From: a virus
Length of the DNA: 64,000 nt
Virus record (IMG/VR): IMGVR_UViG_3300042882_001046
Span: 32,001-96,000 of that record
Direction: 5' to 3' (one strand)
The notes beneath the pieces are model-generated. The model made no database searches and was not told the DNA's origin. It saw nothing but the letters and a program-made list of their open reading frames with translations. The position numbers and the translations under genes were made by a program. Shown piece after piece: positions 54,174 through 63,895 of this stretch (positions are counted from its first letter, which is position 1; each line of letters begins with the position of its first letter).

Positions 54174-54854
54174 ATGAATATAGGACAAGATTTTCAAAAC
54201 TACTACGTTAAACATTTAGGTAAGTCTTCATTGGATTTACATAATTTTTCAAACCATATCGAATCTTCCATGACTCCTTATATTTTGGAAGAAAGGGAAT
54301 TGAGGGCAACTCAAATTGATATCTTTTCAAGATTAATGAGAGATAGGATTCTATGGGTTGCGGGTCCTGTTAATGACCATATGTCAACAATAGTTCAAGC
54401 TCAATTAATGTTCTTGGATTCAAGCGATAAAACAGATATTACAATGCATATTGACTCTCCAGGTGGAAGTGTTAAATCTGGTTTATCTATGGTTGATGTT
54501 ATGAATTACATCGCTTGTGATATTAGAACTATTAACACAGGTATGGCAGCATCTATGGGGTCAGTATTGTTAGGTGCAGGAACTAAAGGTAAAAGAAGTT
54601 CATTAAAGTTCTCAAGAACTATGTTACACCAATCTTCAGGAGGTGCTGGTGGAAATATCCAAGACGCTAGAGTATCATTTAAAGAATGGGAAAAAATCAA
54701 CGATACTTTATTTGACCTTTTAGGTGAATATTGTGGTAAAACCGCAGAACAAGTTAAACTTGATGCAACTCGTGATTTATGGTTAGATAGTGAAGAGGCG
54801 TTAGCTTACGGAATTATTGATGAAATTGTTAAAACAAAAAAGAAGGGTAAATAA
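54174..54854 (+). CDS. clpP: ATP-dependent Clp protease proteolytic subunit
   Basis: DIFSRL..DR, AQLMFL, SPGGSV, AASMG (Ser), MLHQ (His) and RD.W (Asp). Confidence 0.95.
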   Translation: MNIGQDFQNYYVKHLGKSSLDLHNFSNHIESSMTPYILEERELRATQIDIFSRLMRDRILWVAGPVNDHMSTIVQAQLMFLDSSDKTDITMHIDSPGGSVKSGLSMVDVMNYIACDIRTINTGMAASMGSVLLGAGTKGKRSSLKFSRTMLHQSSGGAGGNIQDARVSFKEWEKINDTLFDLLGEYCGKTAEQVKLDATRDLWLDSEEALAYGIIDEIVKTKKKGK

Positions 54855-54867
54855 CCCTTCTTTTTTT
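54836..54867. terminator. Intrinsic terminator after clpP
   Basis: AAGAAGGGT-aaat-AACCCTTCTTTTTTT. Confidence 0.7.
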
Positions 54868-54924
54868 AGACTTTAGAACACCCCCTTTATTTTTGTTCGT
54901 CAGTTTATCACAAAATAGTTTTAC

Positions 54925-55629
54925 TTATTTTGGCGTAGCTGAAGTTCCCAAAGATGGAATTAGACCTCCAAGACCACCACTAGTAACATCAGTTTTAAGT
55001 TTGTCGTAAACTCCTGAAGCTTTATCATTCATTTTTCCAAACAATTCACAAACTATTCCACTTATCTGTTTTTCAATACTTTGTATAAACCCATAATCTT
55101 TAACCGCGCCTCCTAAAGCATTTCTAAGGAACGTATATCCTTGACCTTCTAATCCTTGTTGTCTTTGAATCATCATGAAGACCGCCTCAGACAACGCCTC
55201 AGCAATTAATTTTGTAAGTTCTTCACAACTTTTCATTGCTTTAGCTAATCTTGCAGGGTTTGTTGTTATAAATGAAACTAAAAAATCTTTAAAATATCCT
55301 TTTAGTCCAATTGCACTTAATACTGAATTAACTAAAGGTTCAGCAACCGTTTGAAAAATACCTCCTAAACTATTCCCAAAGATTTTACCTAAAAAGTCCA
55401 TAAGTTGTTCATTCAACAAACTTGTTTCTTGTAGGTAATTAATTTCTTCTAAAAGTTTATAAGCAATTTTTTCTTGTTTTTTCTTAGGAAGAGAACTAAA
55501 ATTTTTGATGTTTTTTTCTGACTCAAAAATCATCATAATTCTACTTTTGACTAAATTTTCTTCAATCAAAAGTTTTTCTTTCCTTTCTTTAGTTTCTAAA
55601 ATTGCTTTTTTGATGTTTTTATCTAACAT
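54925..55629 (-). CDS. Hypothetical helical protein, probable virion-internal
   Basis: 234 aa; LIEE/LNEQ motifs, Gly-rich hydrophobic middle. Confidence 0.65.
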   Translation of the reverse strand: MLDKNIKKAILETKERKEKLLIEENLVKSRIMMIFESEKNIKNFSSLPKKKQEKIAYKLLEEINYLQETSLLNEQLMDFLGKIFGNSLGGIFQTVAEPLVNSVLSAIGLKGYFKDFLVSFITTNPARLAKAMKSCEELTKLIAEALSEAVFMMIQRQQGLEGQGYTFLRNALGGAVKDYGFIQSIEKQISGIVCELFGKMNDKASGVYDKLKTDVTSGGLGGLIPSLGTSATPK

Positions 55630-55638
55630 ATTCTCAAA

Positions 55639-56655
55639 TTACTTTATTCTCCAAATTGAATCGTCTCCGTATGATGTTGGACCACCTTCTTTATTTCCTG
55701 ATAATATATCTAAATAATTGTCTAATCTATTTCCACCACCTGCAATACCCCATTTACCATAGTGTTCATCCTTACAAGCTTGTACAATTCTTTTCGCTTT
55801 GTTAATTGTTGCTGGGTCAATGACAATACTATTTTTTCTTCTGAATGTTTCGAAGTAATCCGTAACATTTTTTCTACAAGCTTGTCTATTAATTGATTGA
55901 TTTGAAAGAACATCCGAAAGAACGCTTCCATCATTTCTTTTAATATCGTCTTGAGTATTAGGATTATACCACATAACCAATCCATTAGGGAAAAGGTCTG
56001 CAGGTGCACCTAAATCTTTATCGGTAACCTTTACCAAAGTTGATTGTTCGATTCTACTTGGATTTAACTTATATCCTTTTTGTTCAAACGTAGAAATGAA
56101 TGATAATTGGTCTTTGTTAAAATCTGTTGTTGAAGTGTTTGGTGTAAAATTTGTTGAGGAACCTTTTGGTCTGTATAATGTTACGTTACCAACAACTTGA
56201 GTGTCGTAAACTTTATCTAATGTTGTTAAATCAACTCCTTCAGCTCTTAAAGTTTCTAATTTTTTCCAACCTTTTTTAATTTCGGTCGCAATTTTAGATT
56301 CGTTATCTGCCGTTGTTTGTTGTGTTGTAATTTCAGTCGCAGTTGCATTTGCTAATTGAGGACAAACCCATTTTCCTTTTCTACTTCCGTCTTCAAATGC
56401 AAAAGTCATGTCAGGAAAAAATCTAACAAATTTTCCAACTTGTTTAGTACTTTCTTTCTTGTAGTATAGTTTACCTGTAGATTTTTGACGTTTTAATGAA
56501 CCGTTTTTCAAACATCCAGCACTAATAGCTTTACGTAAAAGACCTTCTTCAGGAGATAATTCTCCCGTCGCTTTAGTTTGTTCTTTCATCAAAGATTTGT
56601 GCATTGACAAAATATTTTTCTTTTCTGATTCTTCTTCTATTAAAAACTGTTTCAT
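55639..56655 (-). CDS. Hypothetical protein, probable virion-internal
   Basis: N-terminal SEKKNILSMH..LMKEQ motif. Confidence 0.65.
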   Translation of the reverse strand: MKQFLIEEESEKKNILSMHKSLMKEQTKATGELSPEEGLLRKAISAGCLKNGSLKRQKSTGKLYYKKESTKQVGKFVRFFPDMTFAFEDGSRKGKWVCPQLANATATEITTQQTTADNESKIATEIKKGWKKLETLRAEGVDLTTLDKVYDTQVVGNVTLYRPKGSSTNFTPNTSTTDFNKDQLSFISTFEQKGYKLNPSRIEQSTLVKVTDKDLGAPADLFPNGLVMWYNPNTQDDIKRNDGSVLSDVLSNQSINRQACRKNVTDYFETFRRKNSIVIDPATINKAKRIVQACKDEHYGKWGIAGGGNRLDNYLDILSGNKEGGPTSYGDDSIWRIK

Positions 56656-56658
56656 ATT

Positions 56659-57546
56659 TTAAATTTGATTTGGGTCTACTCCATCAACATCTTCTTCATC
56701 AGAATCTACTGTAGGTGTTGTTGTTGGTTTATTACAGATTTTATCAACCTCTGCATCTGTAAATGATGAAAATCCTTTTGCCTTTAACGCCGCTTCAGTT
56801 TTTGGACCAAATTTACCGTCGGTAACTAATCCTAAACATCCTTGAACTTTTGCAATTGCATCAGACTTACATCCTTTAGTGTAGCTTCCTGAACATGGTT
56901 TATATCCGCCACCAGTTCCTCCGCCTCCGCCTTTTTTCTTTTTACCATCACCTTCTTCTTTACCACCTTCTTCTTTTGATTTTGCCAAATCTTCTTCAGC
57001 GTCGTCAACTATAGGTGCAATTGCTGACCAAACATATTTTCTAAAATCTTCTCCATCAATATCACTATCTAAGTCATCATATAAATCACCATAAACTTTA
57101 TTGTAGTATTTCGCCATTGCACAAAGGTCGGCAACAGTTTCCATCGATGATATAGCTCCTTTAATTGCATCCTCATCAGTACCTATTCCTTGAATAGCGT
57201 TGTATATTGAATCCGCAGCCTCTCTGTGGTCTCCTTTACTTTGAGTTGGTTTTAAGTTTTTATCAAGTGAAGAACATCCTTGTAAAAATGTTTGGGTTTT
57301 ACTAAAAGCGTCTCCTCCTCCTTGGACCTTATAAATCCAAGCACCTACAGCTGCTGCTGCGGTTGCCCCTGCGGCCCAAAGCCAAGGTGCTGCGATTGTA
57401 ATTGCAGGAATAACTAATGGGGCAACCTCATTTACTGGTTGTTTAATTGTTTCAACGTTTTCATTTAACGTTTTTGAAGTATCATACTTCATCATCAATT
57501 TTATTCTGTCTAGCGCCTCTTGTGGGCTGTATTGTGGTTGTACCAT
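56659..57546 (-). CDS. Protein with TM helix, annexin-like repeat and peptidoglycan-binding domain
   Basis: IYNAIQGIGTDEDAIKGAI (GxGTDE) and VQ.CLGL..DGKFGPKT.AAL (PGBD). Confidence 0.7.
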   Translation of the reverse strand: MVQPQYSPQEALDRIKLMMKYDTSKTLNENVETIKQPVNEVAPLVIPAITIAAPWLWAAGATAAAAVGAWIYKVQGGGDAFSKTQTFLQGCSSLDKNLKPTQSKGDHREAADSIYNAIQGIGTDEDAIKGAISSMETVADLCAMAKYYNKVYGDLYDDLDSDIDGEDFRKYVWSAIAPIVDDAEEDLAKSKEEGGKEEGDGKKKKGGGGGTGGGYKPCSGSYTKGCKSDAIAKVQGCLGLVTDGKFGPKTEAALKAKGFSSFTDAEVDKICNKPTTTPTVDSDEEDVDGVDPNQI

Positions 57547-57579
57547 GATAAGTAATTTTTATTTATAAATATACGATTA

Positions 57580-57828
57580 TTACCAAATTTGATTAGCAGC
57601 ACCTCTTGTGAGGCCAGTTTCCCATTTTTCTCCCGAAGCACCTAATTTATTTGCCTTTCCTCTTGTTATATTATATGAATCAGACCATTTAGGAACTTTC
57701 CCACCTCCTCCTGATGAAGGTGCTGGTGAAGCAGCTGCGGCTGCGTCTTGTTCACCCATTTCACCTTTTGATTCTGTGTTTGAAAATTTTTTAAAAAAAT
57801 CTATAAGGAAATCTACGTCTAATGTCAT
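57580..57828 (-). CDS. Small hypothetical protein
   Basis: 82 aa with a duplicated W.....RG.AN motif. Confidence 0.6.
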   Translation of the reverse strand: MTLDVDFLIDFFKKFSNTESKGEMGEQDAAAAASPAPSSGGGGKVPKWSDSYNITRGKANKLGASGEKWETGLTRGAANQIW

Positions 57829-57876
57829 GTTAATAAATATTTTGTAATTTGAAAAGAATTTGATTATCTTAGCCCC

Positions 57877-58407
57877 ATGAGAAAACTTATTTTATTATTA
57901 GGTATATTTTTAACCTCTTGTGAACAATATGTGGTTGAAATTAAAGATGTTACATTAAGTGGTAAGTACGTGGTATCAAAGTTAGAGATTACAAATGTGG
58001 ACCAAAACTATACAAGGGATTCTTTATACCTTGTTGGTACAACATATGTAAATCCTAACTTACCTCATCCATTTAATAATATTCCCATTAACAACTCTTA
58101 TTTTCATTTTGACTATTCTACAGTTAGAATGAAATTATTAGGGGTTTCAAATGCTGGCCAAGATATTTGGCAGTATGGAAATTCTCCTAATGAAATTTTT
58201 TATAAAACTTTTGGTGGAACTCCGTATCATGCGGGTTATCTACAATATGACTACACCTCACAAAGCGGCGGGCATCGTCTGATTACATTTTTAATTGAGG
58301 ACGATGGTTTACAATCCCTCCAATTAAAAACAGAAGGAGCGTGGTTTAACGGTAAATTTGGTCAGAAACAAGTTATGACACTTTCATTAACAAGAGTGGG
58401 TCCTTAA
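57877..58407 (+). CDS. Lipoprotein, hypothetical
   Basis: Lipobox LTSC. Confidence 0.7.
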   Translation: MRKLILLLGIFLTSCEQYVVEIKDVTLSGKYVVSKLEITNVDQNYTRDSLYLVGTTYVNPNLPHPFNNIPINNSYFHFDYSTVRMKLLGVSNAGQDIWQYGNSPNEIFYKTFGGTPYHAGYLQYDYTSQSGGHRLITFLIEDDGLQSLQLKTEGAWFNGKFGQKQVMTLSLTRVGP

Positions 58408-58706
58408 TAGAACTCACTCTTTGGTAATACCTCAGGGTTAATCGTATAATATTCGTTTAAAAACGTAATTAATTCATCCTCATCTAATTCAACTTTGTCC
58501 ATTGGTAAGACTTCGTCATCTTCAAAGTCATCATCAAAAAAGTCAAAAGATTCGGTCACTAAATCAAATCCGTAATCTTCAACAATACTATAATCTATAC
58601 TGTCGGTTCTCATAACCTCTTCGTCGTCTTCAATAGTTCTGAAAGACACGTCTAAAATGTTGGAGTCACTATTAAGGAAATAGGACACAATTTCTTTTAT
58701 TTCCAT
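58404..58706 (-). CDS. Hypothetical acidic protein
   Basis: Start moved to 58706 (MEIKE). Confidence 0.6.
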   Translation of the reverse strand: MEIKEIVSYFLNSDSNILDVSFRTIEDDEEVMRTDSIDYSIVEDYGFDLVTESFDFFDDDFEDDEVLPMDKVELDEDELITFLNEYYTINPEVLPKSEFY

Positions 58707-58803
58707 AAACACAATTTATAAAGAAATATCTAAAAACAAATTAAAAGTCATATTTTTTTATTTGTATTTATGATTATAATTAAGATAGAAAAATACGCAA
58801 CAT

Positions 58804-59385
58804 ATGAGATTTAATTCATTAACAATCGATAACTTCTATGAAAACCCAATGGAGGTTAGAGAATTTGCCCTTAATCAAGAATTTAAAGTAAGAGGGAACT
58901 ACCCTGGAATGAGAACTGAATCGTTCTTATCTGACGGAATTAGAAAAAAATTTAGAGATATTCTTTATCCATTTGCGGGTGAGATTACTTGGTGGGGTGG
59001 TGAATATACTGGGTCATTCCAATACACAACAGCATCAGATAGGTCATGGATTCATGCGGACTCAACAACTGATTGGGCGGCATTGATTTACCTTACTCCT
59101 AACGCACCTTTGTCATCAGGTACAGGTATTTTTAGACACAAAGAAACTGGTTGGCAACATTTTGATTATAAGAGAGAAAACGAACCAGGATATAAAGAAT
59201 CGGCTCCTCCAGGTCACGATATGCAAGATTATACAAAATGGGAAATGGTTGACAGATATGGAAACTCATTTAATAGATGTGTAATGTACAGAGCAGACAA
59301 TTACCACGTATCATTAGATTATTTTGGTAAGGATATGTACGACGGAAGACTGTTTCAAGTATTCTTTTTCAACACTGAAAAATAA
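58804..59385 (+). CDS. DUF6445-like / 2OG-Fe(II) oxygenase fold
   Basis: IDNFY.NP..VR..AL, YPG.R, WIHAD, AALIYL.P, GT and FNR...Y.....H motifs. Confidence 0.7.
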   Translation: MRFNSLTIDNFYENPMEVREFALNQEFKVRGNYPGMRTESFLSDGIRKKFRDILYPFAGEITWWGGEYTGSFQYTTASDRSWIHADSTTDWAALIYLTPNAPLSSGTGIFRHKETGWQHFDYKRENEPGYKESAPPGHDMQDYTKWEMVDRYGNSFNRCVMYRADNYHVSLDYFGKDMYDGRLFQVFFFNTEK

Positions 59386-59389
59386 AAAT

Positions 59390-59416
59390 AAACCCCGATT
59401 TTGGTCGGGGTTTTTT
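59390..59416. terminator. Bidirectional terminator
   Basis: AAACCCCGA-ttttgg-TCGGGGTTTTTT. Confidence 0.8.
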
Positions 59417-59417
59417 A

Positions 59418-59840
59418 TTACAAACTATTATTTAATTCTTCTATAAACTTTGGGTCTAAGTCATTTAGTATACTTATAACTCCATCGTGACAATAACAAT
59501 AATCAAATGTGGAAGATATTTTGGTAAATTTTTTGAACCCGATTATAACAGGACTAAATTTTCTTTTTTGTTCTATTTTAGCATTTCTATATAAGTTTTC
59601 ATATCTAATCCCCAATTCCATTAAAAAATCAATACTGTCCTCCGTATAAGATTCAAAATAAGGTATATTAATGTTATCAATTATAAACGGTAACGTGTTT
59701 GTTTCCTTTATATCCCCAATTAATGTGGATATCGCAAGACTACCTTCATTTTGGTCCTTTTGCAAAAAATGCCAAAGAAAATATTCATTCTCTTTGGCAA
59801 TTTTGAAATAATCTTTATGTGATACTTTTTCCCTAATCAT
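59418..59840 (-). CDS. Hypothetical protein
   Basis: 140-aa ORF coupled to the upstream oxygenase gene. Confidence 0.55.
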   Translation of the reverse strand: MIREKVSHKDYFKIAKENEYFLWHFLQKDQNEGSLAISTLIGDIKETNTLPFIIDNINIPYFESYTEDSIDFLMELGIRYENLYRNAKIEQKRKFSPVIIGFKKFTKISSTFDYCYCHDGVISILNDLDPKFIEELNNSL

Positions 59841-60439
59841 TATCTAAGATTTGCCCCGCAAAACCAAGTAACCAATGATTTTCTAACACCTGATGTTAGT
59901 GGAGTTACTCTATGTAATAAAAACGAAGGGAAAAAAACCATTGTTCCCAATCCTTTTGGTACTTCAATTATATTCCCACCTGGATTAATTTGTAATTGAC
60001 CTCCTTCATATTCTTCTGGTGTTGATAATTGTAACACACAAGAAAGTTTTCTATTTGAAATGCCAGGACCTAAATCAACATGCCAATCGTAATGACCACC
60101 ATCTCCATAGTATTTTGTATATTGTAATCCGTCTCCAAATCCCCATATATCAAAGTTCCACATTTCTTTATTGGCAATAATAGCATATTCCGCCAATTTG
60201 TCATAAATGAATGCGGTTTCTGGTGTTTCATTCAACCAAGCAATCTCACTTATTCTATAATCGGAAACATCCTGACTTTGGTCGTGACCCACTGTTGTTG
60301 CGGCTTGTTTAGGGTACGATTCCCCTATTTCAATTATTTTTTCAATTTCTTTAGGTGTAAATGCGTTTGTGAAATAATAATAATTTAAGTGGTTTACGTT
60401 ATTTCTCTGTTCGTCTAAAAATTTGTTTGCTGCTGACAT
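59840..60439 (-). CDS. 2OG-Fe(II) oxygenase (PKHD/P4H-type)
   Basis: HYDWHVD, RKLS..LQLS...EYEGG, FPSFLLHRVTP and R.SLV.W motifs; start moved to 60439. Confidence 0.88.
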   Translation of the reverse strand: MSAANKFLDEQRNNVNHLNYYYFTNAFTPKEIEKIIEIGESYPKQAATTVGHDQSQDVSDYRISEIAWLNETPETAFIYDKLAEYAIIANKEMWNFDIWGFGDGLQYTKYYGDGGHYDWHVDLGPGISNRKLSCVLQLSTPEEYEGGQLQINPGGNIIEVPKGLGTMVFFPSFLLHRVTPLTSGVRKSLVTWFCGANLR

Positions 60440-60493
60440 TTTATTTAAATTTTGTATTTTAATTATAAACAATAACAAATCTAATTTCAATAG

Positions 60494-61708
60494 ATGGAAA
60501 TGAATATAGAAAAAAAATTTAAGGTTGTTGATTCCGTATTTTTTAACGGGGAGATAGATTATTTGCAATTCAGATTTACGGAACTAAACAACATGGTAGA
60601 TTTTTTTATTATCTTAGAAATAACAGGTGAAAATGAAAAAACATCATTATTTGAAAGTAATATAGAAAAATTTGAATTGTGGAAAGATAAGATAATACAT
60701 ATCAAATCGACTCACCCTTCGGAAGAAACTATTAGTGATATGCTTGAAAAGCATGAATTAAATGAAAAAAATAACCTTAAAGTTGTACCAATTAAACTTA
60801 GTCAAATCCACGATTTATCCGTTTGTCTAATCTCTTTAAATTTAAATTTTGATGATATAATTTTAATTTCAAACATTGATGAGATTCCGATTCTACCTAA
60901 GTCAGAGGTTTTACAATCTTTCCTTTCTTTTGAACCTGTTGTTTTTTTACAAAAAAATTTTTTGTGGAATAAAGGTTTTGTTAAGCAAGAGAATCATTTA
61001 GGGTCGTTGTGTTTTCAATATTCACATTTTATAACAAACAACCACATTTCCCACATTTTTACTGAAAATAGTTCAAGAGAAATAACTTTAAATTTTACTC
61101 CAATAAACTCAGGATTTAAATTTGAATTATTCCAAAACTTAGAAAATTCCGTACATAGTATTGCATCAAAATACGGTCACGATGACCTTGAAAAAATTAA
61201 TTCAATTGTTTCTAATAGTAGAAATGAGTTAATTTATTATGATTTTAAAACGTTATTAAACCCAATGTCGTTAGTAAAATATGATGGGGATTTACCAGTA
61301 TATGTTGATATGTTAGATAGCCAAGAAATTGGTAGGGTATTACCTAAAAAACATTTAGTTGTTGTTGGGATTGATGCTTCTCAAAATATCGATACTGATA
61401 ATTTTGAAACAGTGTCTATAATATCCCATACTACTTCAATTGATACGGAACCATATAAACAAGTTTCAGATAACGTTAAAATACACTACATTCAAATTCC
61501 AAACATAAATTATTATGACGTATTAATAGAAGATAATAATTTGAAAAATTTTCAGAAAATGTATGTTTTAAATGAAATTAAGTCGGTTTTAATTTCATTA
61601 CACCCATTAGATATTGATATTTTTGAGTTTTATTTTGCTGGTAAAACCATATCATATCCTTGGTCAATAATTAAAGATAATTTTATATACGATTTACTAC
61701 ATAAATAA
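60494..61708 (+). CDS. Glycosyltransferase family 17-like protein (divergent)
   Basis: FFNGE.D.L..R..EL...VD.FII.E and DDIILISNIDEIP. Confidence 0.6.
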   Translation: MEMNIEKKFKVVDSVFFNGEIDYLQFRFTELNNMVDFFIILEITGENEKTSLFESNIEKFELWKDKIIHIKSTHPSEETISDMLEKHELNEKNNLKVVPIKLSQIHDLSVCLISLNLNFDDIILISNIDEIPILPKSEVLQSFLSFEPVVFLQKNFLWNKGFVKQENHLGSLCFQYSHFITNNHISHIFTENSSREITLNFTPINSGFKFELFQNLENSVHSIASKYGHDDLEKINSIVSNSRNELIYYDFKTLLNPMSLVKYDGDLPVYVDMLDSQEIGRVLPKKHLVVVGIDASQNIDTDNFETVSIISHTTSIDTEPYKQVSDNVKIHYIQIPNINYYDVLIEDNNLKNFQKMYVLNEIKSVLISLHPLDIDIFEFYFAGKTISYPWSIIKDNFIYDLLHK

Positions 61709-61735
61709 AAAACCCCTCTTTTGGAGGGGATTTTT

Positions 61736-62773
61736 TTATTTTATAATTTTCATTCTGTTCATCATTTCCATTACTTTGTTCTTTTGTGAGATAAAAGACT
61801 CTTGTAAATCTTCGTCAACCTCATCCCAATCACCTGTGTAAGATTTGATTTCTTCCCACGATTTGTCTCTCGGGTCAAATTTGCCAAAATCAATTTCTAA
61901 CTCATCTTCTTCAAAGTCGTCATCATCTCTTTTTCTTCTTTGTTCTTCAACTTCGTTTTCATTGTATGATGAACGTTGGTAAGGTCCTGCCTTTCCTGGT
62001 CCTTCACTATCAAAGTCATAAGCACTTTCCATGTCACCATAAATTCCTTGAGAACCTGATACATCTACTTCGTCCATTTCTGATTCCGCCCACGCAGATT
62101 CCATAGTTTCATACTCTTCATCACAATCTAAACATTGTTCGTCCATTTCTTCAGTTGGATAGACATCTCCTCCCGCCATTGGTCCGTCAGAAATGAAATC
62201 ATATGCTGGGTCAATGTTACTTAAGTCCATATCAGGGGCGTTTCCACCACCAGTATATCCTTGTTCGTCCATTTCTTCACCTGATTCAATATCTTCAAAT
62301 CCATCATCTTCATTGTCCGTATTTTCATATTCATCTTCTTTGTAAAGATTTTTATGCATACCTTCAAACGTATCAACATCATTAGATGGTCCTTCAATGT
62401 AATCAAACCCACCTGTTGGGTCTAAATCTTGTTCATCATAGATATCATCTAAATGTCCAGTTTCTTCTTCCATGTAACCCGAACCACATTCATTACAAAC
62501 ACCTTCTTCCATGTAACCCGAACCACATTCTGAACACATTTGTTTTTCTTCAACTTGTTCATTGATTCCCATGTTTGTGTATTTCTTAACTTCACCTTTA
62601 TTGTTTACAACCATACCGTCTTTATCACCAGCAAAATCATACACGTACAAAGGTTGTGTATTTGAAACTTGTGGCTGCATTGTTTGGTATCCGTTATATA
62701 AACTTTTATGTTGGTTCAAGATGTCTGACTTCTCAGTTGCAGACAATTGACCTAATCCAAAGTATCCTCTCAT
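61736..62773 (-). CDS. Acidic low-complexity protein with CxEC repeats, probable head-internal
   Basis: N-terminal TEKSDILNQH motif, CSECGSGYMEE repeated, C-terminal LQE..MMNRM. Confidence 0.7.
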   Translation of the reverse strand: MRGYFGLGQLSATEKSDILNQHKSLYNGYQTMQPQVSNTQPLYVYDFAGDKDGMVVNNKGEVKKYTNMGINEQVEEKQMCSECGSGYMEEGVCNECGSGYMEEETGHLDDIYDEQDLDPTGGFDYIEGPSNDVDTFEGMHKNLYKEDEYENTDNEDDGFEDIESGEEMDEQGYTGGGNAPDMDLSNIDPAYDFISDGPMAGGDVYPTEEMDEQCLDCDEEYETMESAWAESEMDEVDVSGSQGIYGDMESAYDFDSEGPGKAGPYQRSSYNENEVEEQRRKRDDDDFEEDELEIDFGKFDPRDKSWEEIKSYTGDWDEVDEDLQESFISQKNKVMEMMNRMKIIK

Positions 62774-62855
62774 AGTTTTTAGTTTTCTTAATAAATAGTT
62801 TTGTTTTTTAATTTATTTCGTTTGACATTATTCAGAACTAATTCTATTATTTGTT

Positions 62856-62942
62856 GAGACAAGTGAGACCCGTATTTCATTCGATAGTATCTTGGTAATT
62901 TATTTATCGCCTTAATCTACACGGTCCACTTGTTTCTTTTTT
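62856..62942 (+). ncRNA. Candidate structured leader / sRNA
   Basis: Stems GAGACAAGTG/CACTTGTTTC, GACC/GGTC and CGATA/TATCG, then a U run. Confidence 0.4.
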
Positions 62943-62944
62943 AT

Positions 62945-63199
62945 ATGACTATTAACAACTATGATATTGACCAATATGCGGAAGGAGCCATCATTCTTGA
63001 TGGACTTGATGATGCCATTATCGGTATTGTTGAGGAGTTTGGTAATGGTCCTCGTATCCTATATTCAAAAAACAAAATTCTTAACATTTTGTGTGAAAGA
63101 GACCTGATGACAATGGGAGAGGCTGAAGAATTTTTTGACTACAATATTATCGGTCTTTACGCTGGAGAACAAAATCCTGTTTTTTTAGTTTCAGAATAA
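62945..63199 (+). CDS. Hypothetical phage protein
   Basis: Start moved to ATG 62945; DG.D.AIIG..Y....EA.EFF.YNI pattern common in phage small proteins. Confidence 0.65.
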   Translation: MTINNYDIDQYAEGAIILDGLDDAIIGIVEEFGNGPRILYSKNKILNILCERDLMTMGEAEEFFDYNIIGLYAGEQNPVFLVSE

Positions 63200-63220
63200 T
63201 TTTTTTATTATCTTTGCTCT

Positions 63221-63895
63221 ATGATAAAAGTAGACGTAAATAGCAAAGGTCGGCCAGAGAACAATGTTTGGATATTCTCTGACCCTCACTATAACCACAA
63301 GAATATATGTCGTGGTGTAACCAATTGGAAAACTTCTGATGGTGAAATCCCTATTGCTCAAACCCGTGATTTTCCAACCATAGAAAAAATGAACGCAGCA
63401 ATTGTTAATAACATTAACAACTGTGCAATGCCTGACGATACACTAATATGTCTTGGTGATTGGTCTTTTGGTGGGTTTGAAAGTATCCGCGAGTTCTGGG
63501 ATAGAATTATGTGTAAAAATATTCACTTAATTCTTGGTAATCACGACCACCACATCGATAGAAATAGAGACGGGTCCCAAGGACTTTTTAAAAGTGTTTC
63601 TCACTACAATACTCTTGAGATGGGTCAGTTTAAGTTCCGTTTGATGCACTATCCTATTAGTTCATGGGATGGTCTTAATAAAGGTGTTATGCACTTACAC
63701 GGACACTGTCACTTACCAACAAATTTAAGATTTGGTAAAGGACAAAGAATGGATGTCGGTATGGACGGACACCCTGAATTCAGACCTTACAATGTTATGG
63801 ATGAAGTGGTACCATTACTTAGACATAGAGAAAAATTATCAGAAATGCCAAATGACCACCATTTAGATGACCTTGTAAATAAAGACAATGGATAA
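63221..63895 (+). CDS. Calcineurin-like metallophosphoesterase
   Basis: SDPH, LGD, GNHD, HYP and HGH motifs. Confidence 0.9.
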   Translation: MIKVDVNSKGRPENNVWIFSDPHYNHKNICRGVTNWKTSDGEIPIAQTRDFPTIEKMNAAIVNNINNCAMPDDTLICLGDWSFGGFESIREFWDRIMCKNIHLILGNHDHHIDRNRDGSQGLFKSVSHYNTLEMGQFKFRLMHYPISSWDGLNKGVMHLHGHCHLPTNLRFGKGQRMDVGMDGHPEFRPYNVMDEVVPLLRHREKLSEMPNDHHLDDLVNKDNG

